Notes under the pieces: model-generated
The model's input: only the letters and a program-made list of their open reading frames with translations
Databases searched by the model: none
Told to the model about the DNA's origin: nothing
Shown: positions 44,889 through 53,738 of the stretch, in pieces
How the letters are laid out: each line of letters begins with the position of its first letter
Position numbering within the stretch: position 1 is the stretch's first letter
Position numbers and translations under genes: made by a program
Assembly (NCBI GenBank): GCA_037440925.1
Contig: JBBITF010000006.1
Span: forward strand, 1-64,000
Reading direction: 5' to 3'
Length of the DNA: 64,000 nucleotides
DNA from: Chloroflexota bacterium
GTDB lineage: Bacteria; Chloroflexota; Anaerolineae; Anaerolineales; Villigracilaceae

Positions 44889-46015
44889 GGCTGCCTCTCC
44901 TTTCCAATATTGGTAATTTTTTCCCAAAATTGCGCTCGAAACCGGATGTCCAGGCCTCCAAAAAACGGCCGTTTAACGTCGTGCAAATCGAAATCACCAG
45001 TCGCTGCAGCACCGGCTGTGTCTTCTGCCCGCATGATGCTTTGTCTGACAAATGGATAGACGGGGACCTGTCGCCGCTCATGTATGAAGAATATATCGTC
45101 CCGCATCTGGATTTGTTCGATTTGGTGTACCTGCAAGGCTGGGGCGAACCTATGCTGCACCCCAACCTGTGGGATATGCTGGCCTCGGCTCAAGACAAGG
45201 GTTGCCGCACCGGCTTCACCACCAACGGCGCCTGGCTGCAAAGCGAACAAAATCAGCGTCTGGTAGAGATGGGTGTGGATATGATTTCCGTCTCTTTTGC
45301 CGGGACGGCTGCTCCCATTCACGAATCGCTGCGTACCAATTCTCAGTTTGCCGAACTGTGTAGCAATTTCGAGAGCCTGGCCAACCTCAAGAAACAACGC
45401 GGCGTGACCAAACCCTGGCTCGAATTGCATTTCCTGATGACCCGCGCCAATTTGAAAGAATTCCCTGGCCTGGTCGAACTGGCTGCCTCCCTAGGCGCGG
45501 ATGAAGTAGTCGCCACCAACCTCACCTATTCCCCGAGCCTGGCGCTAGACCGGATGCACATCTTTGGCGAACAGCCTCTGCCTGAAGATGTCGAACTGAT
45601 TCAGCGCGCCCAAGCCAACGCTGAACGGCTGAACATTCCGCTGCGCGTTTACCCGCTCCAAACCGAACCCAATACCCTGGTCTGTGACGCTGACCCGCTC
45701 AATACCGTGTACGTCAACCATCGCGGCGAGGTCTCCCCTTGTGTCTATCTGGGGCTAACAGTGCAGGGAAGGGTTCCGCGCTTCTATCAGGGCGAAGCTC
45801 ACCCATTTGACGCCCTTTCCTTTGGAAATATTCAGACAGGTTTCTTGAAGGCGCTTCATGGAAAAGAGCGCGAGACCTTCCTGTCTGCTTTCAAACAACG
45901 CAATATGACCAGCGGCCCTCTGGCGATGCTTACCTACATGTCCGAACCAGGCCAGGCTGAATTGCCGCCTCCGCCTGTCCCTTGTCAGCATTGCTACAAA
46001 ATGTTGGGCGTGTGA
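44885..46015 (+). CDS. Radical SAM enzyme with C-terminal SPASM/twitch-like Cys region (NirJ/Ahb/MoaA-like style)
   Basis: CSTGCVFC (Cx3Cx2C) follows VVQIEITSRC. The GWGEPML motif is present. C-terminal cysteines are CDADP...SPCVYL...PCQHC. There is a 4-nt ATGA overlap with dsrN. Confidence 0.85.
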   Translation: MRLPLLSNIGNFFPKLRSKPDVQASKKRPFNVVQIEITSRCSTGCVFCPHDALSDKWIDGDLSPLMYEEYIVPHLDLFDLVYLQGWGEPMLHPNLWDMLASAQDKGCRTGFTTNGAWLQSEQNQRLVEMGVDMISVSFAGTAAPIHESLRTNSQFAELCSNFESLANLKKQRGVTKPWLELHFLMTRANLKEFPGLVELAASLGADEVVATNLTYSPSLALDRMHIFGEQPLPEDVELIQRAQANAERLNIPLRVYPLQTEPNTLVCDADPLNTVYVNHRGEVSPCVYLGLTVQGRVPRFYQGEAHPFDALSFGNIQTGFLKALHGKERETFLSAFKQRNMTSGPLAMLTYMSEPGQAELPPPPVPCQHCYKMLGV

Positions 46016-46085
46016 ACGATCATGATCGCTCAACTCCCTACTTTTCTTTTGAGAGGACCTAAAATTTTTGTTGAAGAGGTTTCCA

Positions 46086-48944
46086 ATGCCAAACGATGCA
46101 CAAAATAAGACAGCCAAGAACCAAGAGCAAGCCTGGCACGCGCTGCCTGTCGAGGAAGTGCTTCGCCACCTCGAAGTGCAGGAAAATGGATTGAGCGCCG
46201 AACAGGCTGCCCAACGTTTGAAACAATATGGACCGAACCAATTGCAGGAAGCGCCGCGCCCCACCTTTTGGCACATGCTGTGGGAGCAGTTGAACAACTT
46301 TGTGGTCATCCTGCTCATCGTGGCATCCATTATTTCTGCCCTCTTGGGCGATTACGTGGAAGCCGCTGCCATCATGGCCATCGTCGCGCTGAATGCCGTT
46401 CTCGGCATCATTCAGGAACAGCGCGCCGAAGAAGCCCTGGCGGCATTGAAAAAATTGGCCGCGCCCGATGCCCAGGTGCTGCGCGATGGCCGCCGGCAGA
46501 CCATCCCGGCGCGCGACCTGGTGCCCGGCGACATCGTCTTCCTGGAAGCAGGCAATTTCGTCCCGGCGGATGTGCGCCTGCTCGAGGCGGTCAACCTGCG
46601 CATCGAAGAGGCCTCCCTCACCGGCGAGTCCCTGCCGGTGCAGAAGAGCGCCGTTTCCATCATTGACAAGGATGTGCCGATTGGCGACCGCAAGAACACC
46701 GCCTTCATGGGGACGACCGTTTCCTACGGGCGCGGACGCGGCGTGGTGGTCAGCACCGGGATGCGCACCCAGTTGGGCCTGATCGCCACCATGCTCCAGA
46801 CCGTGGAAACAGAGGAAACCCCGCTCCAGCGTCGCCTCGATCAGTTGGGCAAGACCTTGAGCATCGCCTCGCTCATCCTGGTTGCCATCGTCTTCGTGGT
46901 GGCTTTGCTCGATTACACCAATATCAATTTGCTTTTCAGCGGGCCGCTGGATTACTTCAAATCCTATAGCCGCGAGATTACGGATGTGTTCATCATCGCG
47001 GTCAGTCTGGCGATTGCAGCCGTGCCAGAGGGCCTGCCGGCCGTTGTGACTATCAGCCTGGCGCTGGGTATGCGCGAGATGATCCGCCGTCACGCCCTCA
47101 TCCGCAAACTGGCCTCTGTGGAGACGCTTGGCTCGGCCACCGTCATCTGTTCCGATAAGACCGGCACCCTGACTCAGAACGAGATGACCGTTACGCGCCT
47201 GTGGGCCGACGGCCAGTTCTTGCATGTCACCGGCACGGGCTACGTTCCGCAAGGAGAGTTTCAGGTGGATGGGAAGACAGTGGACATCAAGAACTATCCC
47301 GCCATCCTGACCTCCCTGTGGCTGGGCGTGCTGAACAACGACGCCGACATCGAGATTACCGGCGAGACTGAGGACGAAAAGACCTACCGCATCGTGGGCG
47401 ATCCCACCGAGGGCGCGTTACTTGTGGCGGCGGCCAAAGCAGGCGCCTTCCACGTCGAGGTGAAGCAGGCCTACCCGCGTGAGAACGAAGTGCCGTTCGA
47501 CTCGGAACGCAAGCGTATGATCACCATCCACGATGTAAGCCAACCGCGCCCGGAGGATATTTCCCCCTTTTATGACAACAAGATGAAGGATTGGGAGGTG
47601 ATTGCCGTCAAAGGCGCGCCCGACATCGTGCTGGGATTGTGTTCCCATTACCAGACGATGGATGACAAATCGAAACCGCTGACCGAAGAACAGCGCCAGC
47701 GCATCTTAGCCGCCAACGACGAGATGACGAAAGATGCTCTGCGCGTGCTGGGCGTGGCTTACCGCATCGTAAAAGAAGTGCCACAGACGGCTGACGGCTT
47801 GAAACCCGAAGAACTGGAAAAAGACCTGGTCTTCGTCGGCCTCTTGGGCATGATTGACCCGGCGCGTTTAGAAGTCAAACCTGCGCTCGAACAGGCGCGC
47901 CAGGCCGGCATCCGCACCGTCATGATCACCGGCGACTATCCTAACACCGCGCGCGCCATCGCCGAATCCATCGGCCTGATGAAGCGCCGCACGCGCGTGC
48001 TGACCGGCGCCGAAGTAGACAAAATGTCTGACGATGGGTTGCGCGACGTCATCGAGGAGACGGCCGTCTTTGCGCGCGTCTCGCCGGAACACAAGATGCG
48101 CATCGTGGACGCGCTGCAAGCCAATGGCGAAGTGGTCGCCATGACCGGCGACGGCGTCAACGATGCCCCGGCCATCAAGCGCGCCGACATCGGCGTAGCC
48201 ATGGGCATCACCGGCACCGACGTGGCCAAGGAAACCGCCGACATGGTGTTGACCGACGACAATTACGCCAGCATCGTCTCGGCGGTCGAGCAGGGACGCA
48301 TCATTTACAGCAACATCCGTAAATTTGTATATTATCTGCTTTCCTGCAATGTGGCAGAAATCCTGGTCATCTTCCTGGGTACGCTCATCTCGAAGAGCTC
48401 TCCTCTCACGGCTATCCAATTGCTCTGGCTCAACTTGGTGACCGACGGCGCCCCTGCTTTGGCCCTGGCCACGGAAAAGGGAGATCCAGACATTATGTCT
48501 CGTTTACCCCGTCCAAAGAATGAACCCATTATCAATCGTTTCATGCAATTGGGCATTCTTGTCCAAACGCTTGCCATTACCAGCGTGACGCTGGGGGCCT
48601 ACTTCTTGGGGTTGAAACTTCACCCCGAACAGCCCGAGTTTGCAGAAGCCATGGCGTTCGTTACCTTGTCACTCTCTGAACTGGCGCGCGCTTTTACGGC
48701 TCGCTCGGAATACTACCCCTTGTTCAAAATCGGGGTGTTCACGAACCGCAATATGAACCTGGCGATTCTACTTTCGGCCGCTTTGATCTTTGCGGTCATC
48801 TACATCCCATTCTTCAACCCCATTTTCAATACCGTTCCGCTAGGCTGGCAACAATGGGAAGTGTTGCTGCCTTTGCTCCTGGTGCCATCCCTGGCTGCTG
48901 AGATACTCAAGTATATCCATCAAAAAACTCGGAAACAGGATTGA
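46086..48944 (+). CDS. P-type cation-transporting ATPase (P2, Ca2+/Mg2+-type)
   Basis: Motifs: TGES, CSDKTGTLTQN, MITGD, GDGVNDAPALKRADIGVAMG-type (GDGVNDAPAIKRADIGVAMG). About 10 TM helices. Confidence 0.95.
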   Translation: MPNDAQNKTAKNQEQAWHALPVEEVLRHLEVQENGLSAEQAAQRLKQYGPNQLQEAPRPTFWHMLWEQLNNFVVILLIVASIISALLGDYVEAAAIMAIVALNAVLGIIQEQRAEEALAALKKLAAPDAQVLRDGRRQTIPARDLVPGDIVFLEAGNFVPADVRLLEAVNLRIEEASLTGESLPVQKSAVSIIDKDVPIGDRKNTAFMGTTVSYGRGRGVVVSTGMRTQLGLIATMLQTVETEETPLQRRLDQLGKTLSIASLILVAIVFVVALLDYTNINLLFSGPLDYFKSYSREITDVFIIAVSLAIAAVPEGLPAVVTISLALGMREMIRRHALIRKLASVETLGSATVICSDKTGTLTQNEMTVTRLWADGQFLHVTGTGYVPQGEFQVDGKTVDIKNYPAILTSLWLGVLNNDADIEITGETEDEKTYRIVGDPTEGALLVAAAKAGAFHVEVKQAYPRENEVPFDSERKRMITIHDVSQPRPEDISPFYDNKMKDWEVIAVKGAPDIVLGLCSHYQTMDDKSKPLTEEQRQRILAANDEMTKDALRVLGVAYRIVKEVPQTADGLKPEELEKDLVFVGLLGMIDPARLEVKPALEQARQAGIRTVMITGDYPNTARAIAESIGLMKRRTRVLTGAEVDKMSDDGLRDVIEETAVFARVSPEHKMRIVDALQANGEVVAMTGDGVNDAPAIKRADIGVAMGITGTDVAKETADMVLTDDNYASIVSAVEQGRIIYSNIRKFVYYLLSCNVAEILVIFLGTLISKSSPLTAIQLLWLNLVTDGAPALALATEKGDPDIMSRLPRPKNEPIINRFMQLGILVQTLAITSVTLGAYFLGLKLHPEQPEFAEAMAFVTLSLSELARAFTARSEYYPLFKIGVFTNRNMNLAILLSAALIFAVIYIPFFNPIFNTVPLGWQQWEVLLPLLLVPSLAAEILKYIHQKTRKQD

Positions 48945-48951
48945 CTTAACG

Positions 48952-48995
48952 AACGTCCCGAAGGTTCCAAAACCTTCGGGACGTTTTATTTTGTT
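48952..48995 (+). terminator. Rho-independent terminator after the ATPase gene (shared spacer with the convergent operon)
   Basis: A 15-bp perfect stem AACGTCCCGAAGGTT-ccaa-AACCTTCGGGACGTT is followed by TTATTTTGTT. Confidence 0.8.
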
Positions 48996-49014
48996 CGGGA
49001 AATCCCCGGCTATT

Positions 49015-50820
49015 CTACTCGCCCGTCAAACCGGCCAGCGTCCCATTCAGGTCTTCCTGGTAGGTGGTGTGACAGGTGCTGCAAAGCGCCAGTTGGGGCT
49101 TGTTTTGTTCGACGGCTTGCTGTTGGTGGCAGGTCAGGCAGCGGCCGTGCATGGCGTCTTTGTAACCGGGCGCCATGGCTTCAAATACAGTTTGGCCTTC
49201 GGCAGGCGTCATGGTCTCATGGCAATCCTGGCAGATCGCTGACGTTAACCGAATGTGTTCCTGTGCATGGCATTCCTGGCAACTTGCGTTCCCGCCCAGT
49301 TCCTGCTGGTGCAGGCTGTGATCGAAGATCGAAGCCGGGCGATAATAATCGGTGTGACAGGCCGAACATGCCGTCGCTTCATCGTTTGGGCGGTCCAGGT
49401 GATGGCAAACCTGGCAGTTGCTCTCGCCGGTGGCCTTATTCATCAAACGTTCCTGGTGCTCCAGATGGGGAAAATTGACTACATAGCCGCTGCGGTTGCC
49501 GTCTATTTGCAGCGGTTCCCAGCCTCTAGCCTCCATGACCGGCGTGGCAGGCGGCTGCGCTTTGACAATCAACACCGGCACCGCCAGCGCCATGACGAAG
49601 ACGGCCAGACGGCTGCGATGCGCGACGATGGCCCTCAGCCACGAGCCTTGACCGGCCAACCAGGTCGCCCTGGCGGGCGCCGCCGCTTCTTCCTCCGCTT
49701 CGGCCTGCTTGCCGAACAATTGCAGATTCTCGGCGAAGAACAGGTACAGCAAGAACGCCGCCGACGGGATGGCGAAGGCGATGGCCGTTTCGCCCAGCGA
49801 AGGGGTATAGGCTGTACCCGCCGCCCGGTACATGGTGAACATGCTCAGCGACATGCGCTGGCTCATGATGCCCAGAATGCCCAGCACGGCGCCGGTCAGC
49901 AGGCCCTCGCGCCTCTCTCGTGTCTTTTTGATGCTGAACAGGACAATGGGAAGCACCCCGCACAACAGGATTTCGGCCAGGAATAAAATGCTTTGCCAGG
50001 AACCATCCAGCGCGCCGGGCAGCACCCCGCGCAGAACCTGGTCGCCCAGGCGCAGCAGCAAGTACAGTCCCAGCGGCAGGGGCGTCCACTTTCCCAAAGT
50101 GGTCAGGATGTCGAAGTGCATCCCGCGTTTGAACCAGCGCTCGACAAAGAAGCCTTCTACAATTAACGCCATCATGCCGGCTGCAATGGCGCTGGTGAAG
50201 AACAGGTAAGGCAGCCAGGGACTATACCACAGCGGGTGGACGCGATGCGGCATGATGAGGAACAGCGATCCCAGCGAGGACTGGTGCAAAGTAGATAGAA
50301 CGATGCCGGCAATCACCAGCGGCAGGGTGAACTTGTGAAGCCAGTGCAGCAGGGTCTTGAAGAGCGGGTGGCGGAACCAGGGATGTTCCAGGATGACCGG
50401 AGAAAACTCCAGCACCAGCACCGAGAAATACAGCATCACACACCAGGCAATCTCGAACATGACCGAGTGATGCTGCCAACTGATGATGGGCATGTAAATG
50501 TGCCAGGGCAGGCCCAGGTCGAAAATCAGGGAGACGATGAATGAGCCGTAGCCCAGCAGAGCCACCAAAATCGCCCGCCGCAAGATGGGGCGGAAGAATT
50601 CCAGGTGGAAAATGTACACCAGTGCCGCCAGGGTGAAGCCGCCGCCGGCGATGGCGACGAACACCAGTTTGAAAGCGATCCACAGCCCCCAGGGGGCAGA
50701 GTCATTGAGTCCGGTAGCGGCCCCAAGTCCGGCAGCGAAGCGAATGATAGAGGCCACCAGGCCCGCCAGGGCGATGGCCCACAATCCATCTTTGATCCAA
50801 GTGCGCGTAGTCGTGTTCAC
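49015..50820 (-). CDS. NrfD/HybB-like membrane subunit fused to a C-terminal hexahaem cytochrome c3-like domain
   Basis: N-terminal ~400 aa polytopic NrfD/HybB-like region (PWGLWIAFKLVFVAIAGGGF), an extra TM helix, then six CxxCH motifs: CQVCH, CSACH, CQECH, CQDCH, CLTCH, CSTCH. Confidence 0.85.
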   Translation of the reverse strand: MNTTTRTWIKDGLWAIALAGLVASIIRFAAGLGAATGLNDSAPWGLWIAFKLVFVAIAGGGFTLAALVYIFHLEFFRPILRRAILVALLGYGSFIVSLIFDLGLPWHIYMPIISWQHHSVMFEIAWCVMLYFSVLVLEFSPVILEHPWFRHPLFKTLLHWLHKFTLPLVIAGIVLSTLHQSSLGSLFLIMPHRVHPLWYSPWLPYLFFTSAIAAGMMALIVEGFFVERWFKRGMHFDILTTLGKWTPLPLGLYLLLRLGDQVLRGVLPGALDGSWQSILFLAEILLCGVLPIVLFSIKKTRERREGLLTGAVLGILGIMSQRMSLSMFTMYRAAGTAYTPSLGETAIAFAIPSAAFLLYLFFAENLQLFGKQAEAEEEAAAPARATWLAGQGSWLRAIVAHRSRLAVFVMALAVPVLIVKAQPPATPVMEARGWEPLQIDGNRSGYVVNFPHLEHQERLMNKATGESNCQVCHHLDRPNDEATACSACHTDYYRPASIFDHSLHQQELGGNASCQECHAQEHIRLTSAICQDCHETMTPAEGQTVFEAMAPGYKDAMHGRCLTCHQQQAVEQNKPQLALCSTCHTTYQEDLNGTLAGLTGE

Positions 50821-50821
50821 G

Positions 50822-51613
50822 TTATTGCTCCTCGGTGGGTTGACTCTGGCGCGCTTTTTGCGCCGCCTGTGCCTGCATACGCCGTTCGATAATCCAGAAC
50901 AGTCCGGTCATCAAACCCGCGGTGCCAATGGTAATGGCGGGTACCTTGCTTAGCCACTCCCAGGTCAGTTCTGGCATGGGCTTCTGGATAGGAGCGCCGT
51001 GATAGCCCAGGAAATCTAACGGAACGTGGGAAATGTACATTACGGCTGTGCCGCCGACTTCCTGCGCGCCATAGACGATGGGCAGATATTTGTGCGGGGC
51101 TTCCTGGATGCGCTGGTTGGCGATTTCGAGCAGTTCGCTCCTTTCGCCAAAGGTCAGCACCTTTTCAGGGCAGGTTTCTACACAGGCGGGCAGTTGTCCC
51201 TGTTGGATGCGGCCATAGCATAACGTACATTTCTGCACCAACGGCGCGGGGGAGTCCCATTCGTAGCGCGGAATGCCAAAGGGACAGGCCATCATGCAAT
51301 AGCGGCAGCCCATACACTTTTGGCTATCGTAGATCACTGCCCCTTCGGGCGTGCGGTACATGGCGCCGACCGGGCAGGCCGAGACGCAGGCCGGTTCCAG
51401 ACAGTGGCGACAGAATTTTCGCACGAAGCCGCCTTCGGGGCTTTCGACAATGGACGACCAGCGGCGCGCCGACAAGCCATCGGGAGATTGCTGCGGCAGG
51501 TATTCGAGCGCGCCCAGGTGGTTGACTTCGGCGCAGGCCTCCACGCATTGATTACAACCCGTACAGCGGGTGACATCCACTAAAATACCAACTTGTTTTA
51601 TCGTGCCGCTCAT
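50822..51613 (-). CDS. 4x[4Fe-4S] protein with C-terminal TM anchor (HmcB/DsrO/HybA-like)
   Basis: Motifs: CTGCNQCVEAC, CRHCLEPACVSACP, CMGCRYCMMACP, CTLC...CVETCP. C-terminal helix ITIGTAGLMTGLFWII. No N-terminal Tat or Sec signal is visible. Confidence 0.9.
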   Translation of the reverse strand: MSGTIKQVGILVDVTRCTGCNQCVEACAEVNHLGALEYLPQQSPDGLSARRWSSIVESPEGGFVRKFCRHCLEPACVSACPVGAMYRTPEGAVIYDSQKCMGCRYCMMACPFGIPRYEWDSPAPLVQKCTLCYGRIQQGQLPACVETCPEKVLTFGERSELLEIANQRIQEAPHKYLPIVYGAQEVGGTAVMYISHVPLDFLGYHGAPIQKPMPELTWEWLSKVPAITIGTAGLMTGLFWIIERRMQAQAAQKARQSQPTEEQ

Positions 51614-52314
51614 ATTTTCCTCCCTTCGGGGCCATGAAGCGCTTGCACGGCTTTGCTGCCGGCTTGTGGGACGAAGTGCCAGGCAATTTCTGTGCTGAGG
51701 CGGATGAGGGGGAAGAGGACACAGTGGGCGATTTTGGTGAATGGCGTGACGAGCAGAAGAGCCATTCCATTCAGCGTGTGGAACAGCATTAGGCCGTTGT
51801 AAGGGATGGGGTTCCAGGGCTGCCCGGCAATGTAGCCGGAGAGGAAGATGTTGAAAATGAGTAACAACAGCACATAGTCGGCTGTCTTGCTCAAACGCCG
51901 CGAGGCCGGAACATACAGCCTGAACAGCAGCAACAGGCTGACCCCGACGATGCTGATGAGGGTCAGCACGTCTAGCACCGGCTTCGAGATGGCAAACCAG
52001 GCAATCCCGATGTTGTCCTTCAGAATGTCCAGGTGATTACGCAGGAAGAGGGACACAACCAGGATGCCGACGTGTAAGCCAAAAGAGGCAAAACTATAAG
52101 CGGCGCGGTTACGGTGCAGGCGGTTGAAGGGGAACAGCCATGAGAATGTCTGCACGACGATCTGCCGCATAGGAAGGCGGCGATCGCCGGCGCGGCGGAT
52201 GGCTGTAACCATATCCCAAACGGTCAAGGCAACCAGCCGCAGCAATGCCAGCGCGACCAGCGTCGCTACAAAGAAAAAGGCAGGGCCTTTGGCAAGCATC
52301 AACCAGGTTGGCAT
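51610..52314 (-). CDS. NarI/HdrE/DsrM/HmcE-like membrane cytochrome b subunit
   Basis: Five TM helices with conserved His residues (RLHRN, GLHVG, LFHTLNG, KIAHC). There is a 4-nt overlap with the downstream FeS gene. Confidence 0.8.
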   Translation of the reverse strand: MPTWLMLAKGPAFFFVATLVALALLRLVALTVWDMVTAIRRAGDRRLPMRQIVVQTFSWLFPFNRLHRNRAAYSFASFGLHVGILVVSLFLRNHLDILKDNIGIAWFAISKPVLDVLTLISIVGVSLLLLFRLYVPASRRLSKTADYVLLLLIFNIFLSGYIAGQPWNPIPYNGLMLFHTLNGMALLLVTPFTKIAHCVLFPLIRLSTEIAWHFVPQAGSKAVQALHGPEGRKI

Positions 52315-52349
52315 ATCGAAAAGAGCCTCCTACTCATTAAAGTTGGATA

Positions 52350-53726
52350 TCAGGAAAGGTCAATGGCGCGCAACACCAGGTCATGCACGCCGACGATTTG
52401 AACGGGCAGTTTGTGATAATCTACCAATTCTCGCAGTTGTTTCTTGCAGTTGGCGCAGGGCGAGGCCACGATCTGCGCCCCGCTGGCGCGGATTTGTTCG
52501 GCTTTGGTTTTTCCTGAGACTTGCATACGGAAGTCGAAAGTTTCATCCAGTGAGACCAGGCCGCCGCCTCCGCCGCAGCAATAGTTTTCGCGGCCACGAG
52601 GCGTCATTTCGACAAAGTCGGAAACGAAACTGCGCAACAATTGGCGCGGCTGTTCGATGATCCAGCCCGAGCGGGCAATGTTGCAGGGGTCATGATAAGT
52701 GACGCGCTCGGTAATCACATCCTTTTTCAGCCGCAATTTTCCTTCTTGCGCCGCCTGCGCAGTCAATTCCAGAATGCTGACTACCGGCAACGCGCGTTCC
52801 CCGGCAAAGGCAGGGACGAATTGACGCGCCGAACGGGCGGCGTGACCGCACTCCCCGATCAAAATTTTTTGCGCTTTCAAGCGATGCGCTTCTTCGACCA
52901 GTTTTTCGATGATGCGTTCCAGCACCCAATCGTTGTAGAACAAGCCGTAGTTGATGCCATCGAAGTATTTCGAGCCAATCGTCCAGGAGACGCCGGCTGC
53001 ATAGAGTGCAGCGGCATTGCCCATGAGCGTGTCCGCTTCCATGAGGTAGTCGCTGACGGCCGGGAAGAAGATGTACTCGGCGCCTTCCTGGTCAACCGGG
53101 AATTTGATTTCTTTGCCGGTGGTGTCTTTCAATTCCTCTTCCAGGAACTCGATGTTGTCCATCAAGGCTGGTAGCGGAATGGCCGAGGTGTTGGCGGTTG
53201 CGCCTTCCAATTGTTCGCGTACTGAAACAACCAGGCCTTTGGGCGCGATGCCCGCTTCACTGAGAACATAGCGCCCCAGATGGGCAATCAGGCCGTGATC
53301 AATGCCCAGCGGGCAATCCAGCGTGCAGCGCCGGCAGGCGTTACAGCGATAGAAGAATTCGGCCATTTCGTCTATTTTTGCGTTGCTCAGACTATCTTTG
53401 GGAGTAGCCCAACCCAGCCAATTTCTATCGTCCGAAAAGTATTGCTTATATACGTCCAGCAGCAAATTGGTGCGATAGCAGGGTACATCATAAGGGTCAT
53501 TTGTAGTCTGGTAGACCTGGCAACTAGACGCACAGCGCCCGCATTTGGCGCTGGTTTTGGCATACAGTTCGATTAGAAAACGGTAGTTGCTGTTACGCAA
53601 AATGGCTTCAAAAGCCGCCAGAAAGCGTTCTGCCCGCTTGTCTAGTTCAGGCAGCGTGCTGGATTCGAGATGGTAAAAATAAGGTTGGGATAAAGCGTCG
53701 GTCTTCTTTTCGGCGGGAGTCGTCAT
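52350..53726 (-). CDS. HdrD/DsrK/HmcF-like Fe-S CCG-domain protein
   Basis: Motifs: CGRCASSC, CNACRRCTLDCPLGID, CGHAARS, HDPCNIAR, YCCGGGGG, CANCKKQL. GAGGTG RBS. Confidence 0.9.
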   Translation of the reverse strand: MTTPAEKKTDALSQPYFYHLESSTLPELDKRAERFLAAFEAILRNSNYRFLIELYAKTSAKCGRCASSCQVYQTTNDPYDVPCYRTNLLLDVYKQYFSDDRNWLGWATPKDSLSNAKIDEMAEFFYRCNACRRCTLDCPLGIDHGLIAHLGRYVLSEAGIAPKGLVVSVREQLEGATANTSAIPLPALMDNIEFLEEELKDTTGKEIKFPVDQEGAEYIFFPAVSDYLMEADTLMGNAAALYAAGVSWTIGSKYFDGINYGLFYNDWVLERIIEKLVEEAHRLKAQKILIGECGHAARSARQFVPAFAGERALPVVSILELTAQAAQEGKLRLKKDVITERVTYHDPCNIARSGWIIEQPRQLLRSFVSDFVEMTPRGRENYCCGGGGGLVSLDETFDFRMQVSGKTKAEQIRASGAQIVASPCANCKKQLRELVDYHKLPVQIVGVHDLVLRAIDLS

Positions 53727-53738
53727 ATCATCACCTCG

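Noticed and set aside
46059-47252. 397-aa ORF on the - strand
   Set aside because: It is antisense to the P-type ATPase gene, which has unambiguous motifs (DKTGTLT, GDGVNDAP).
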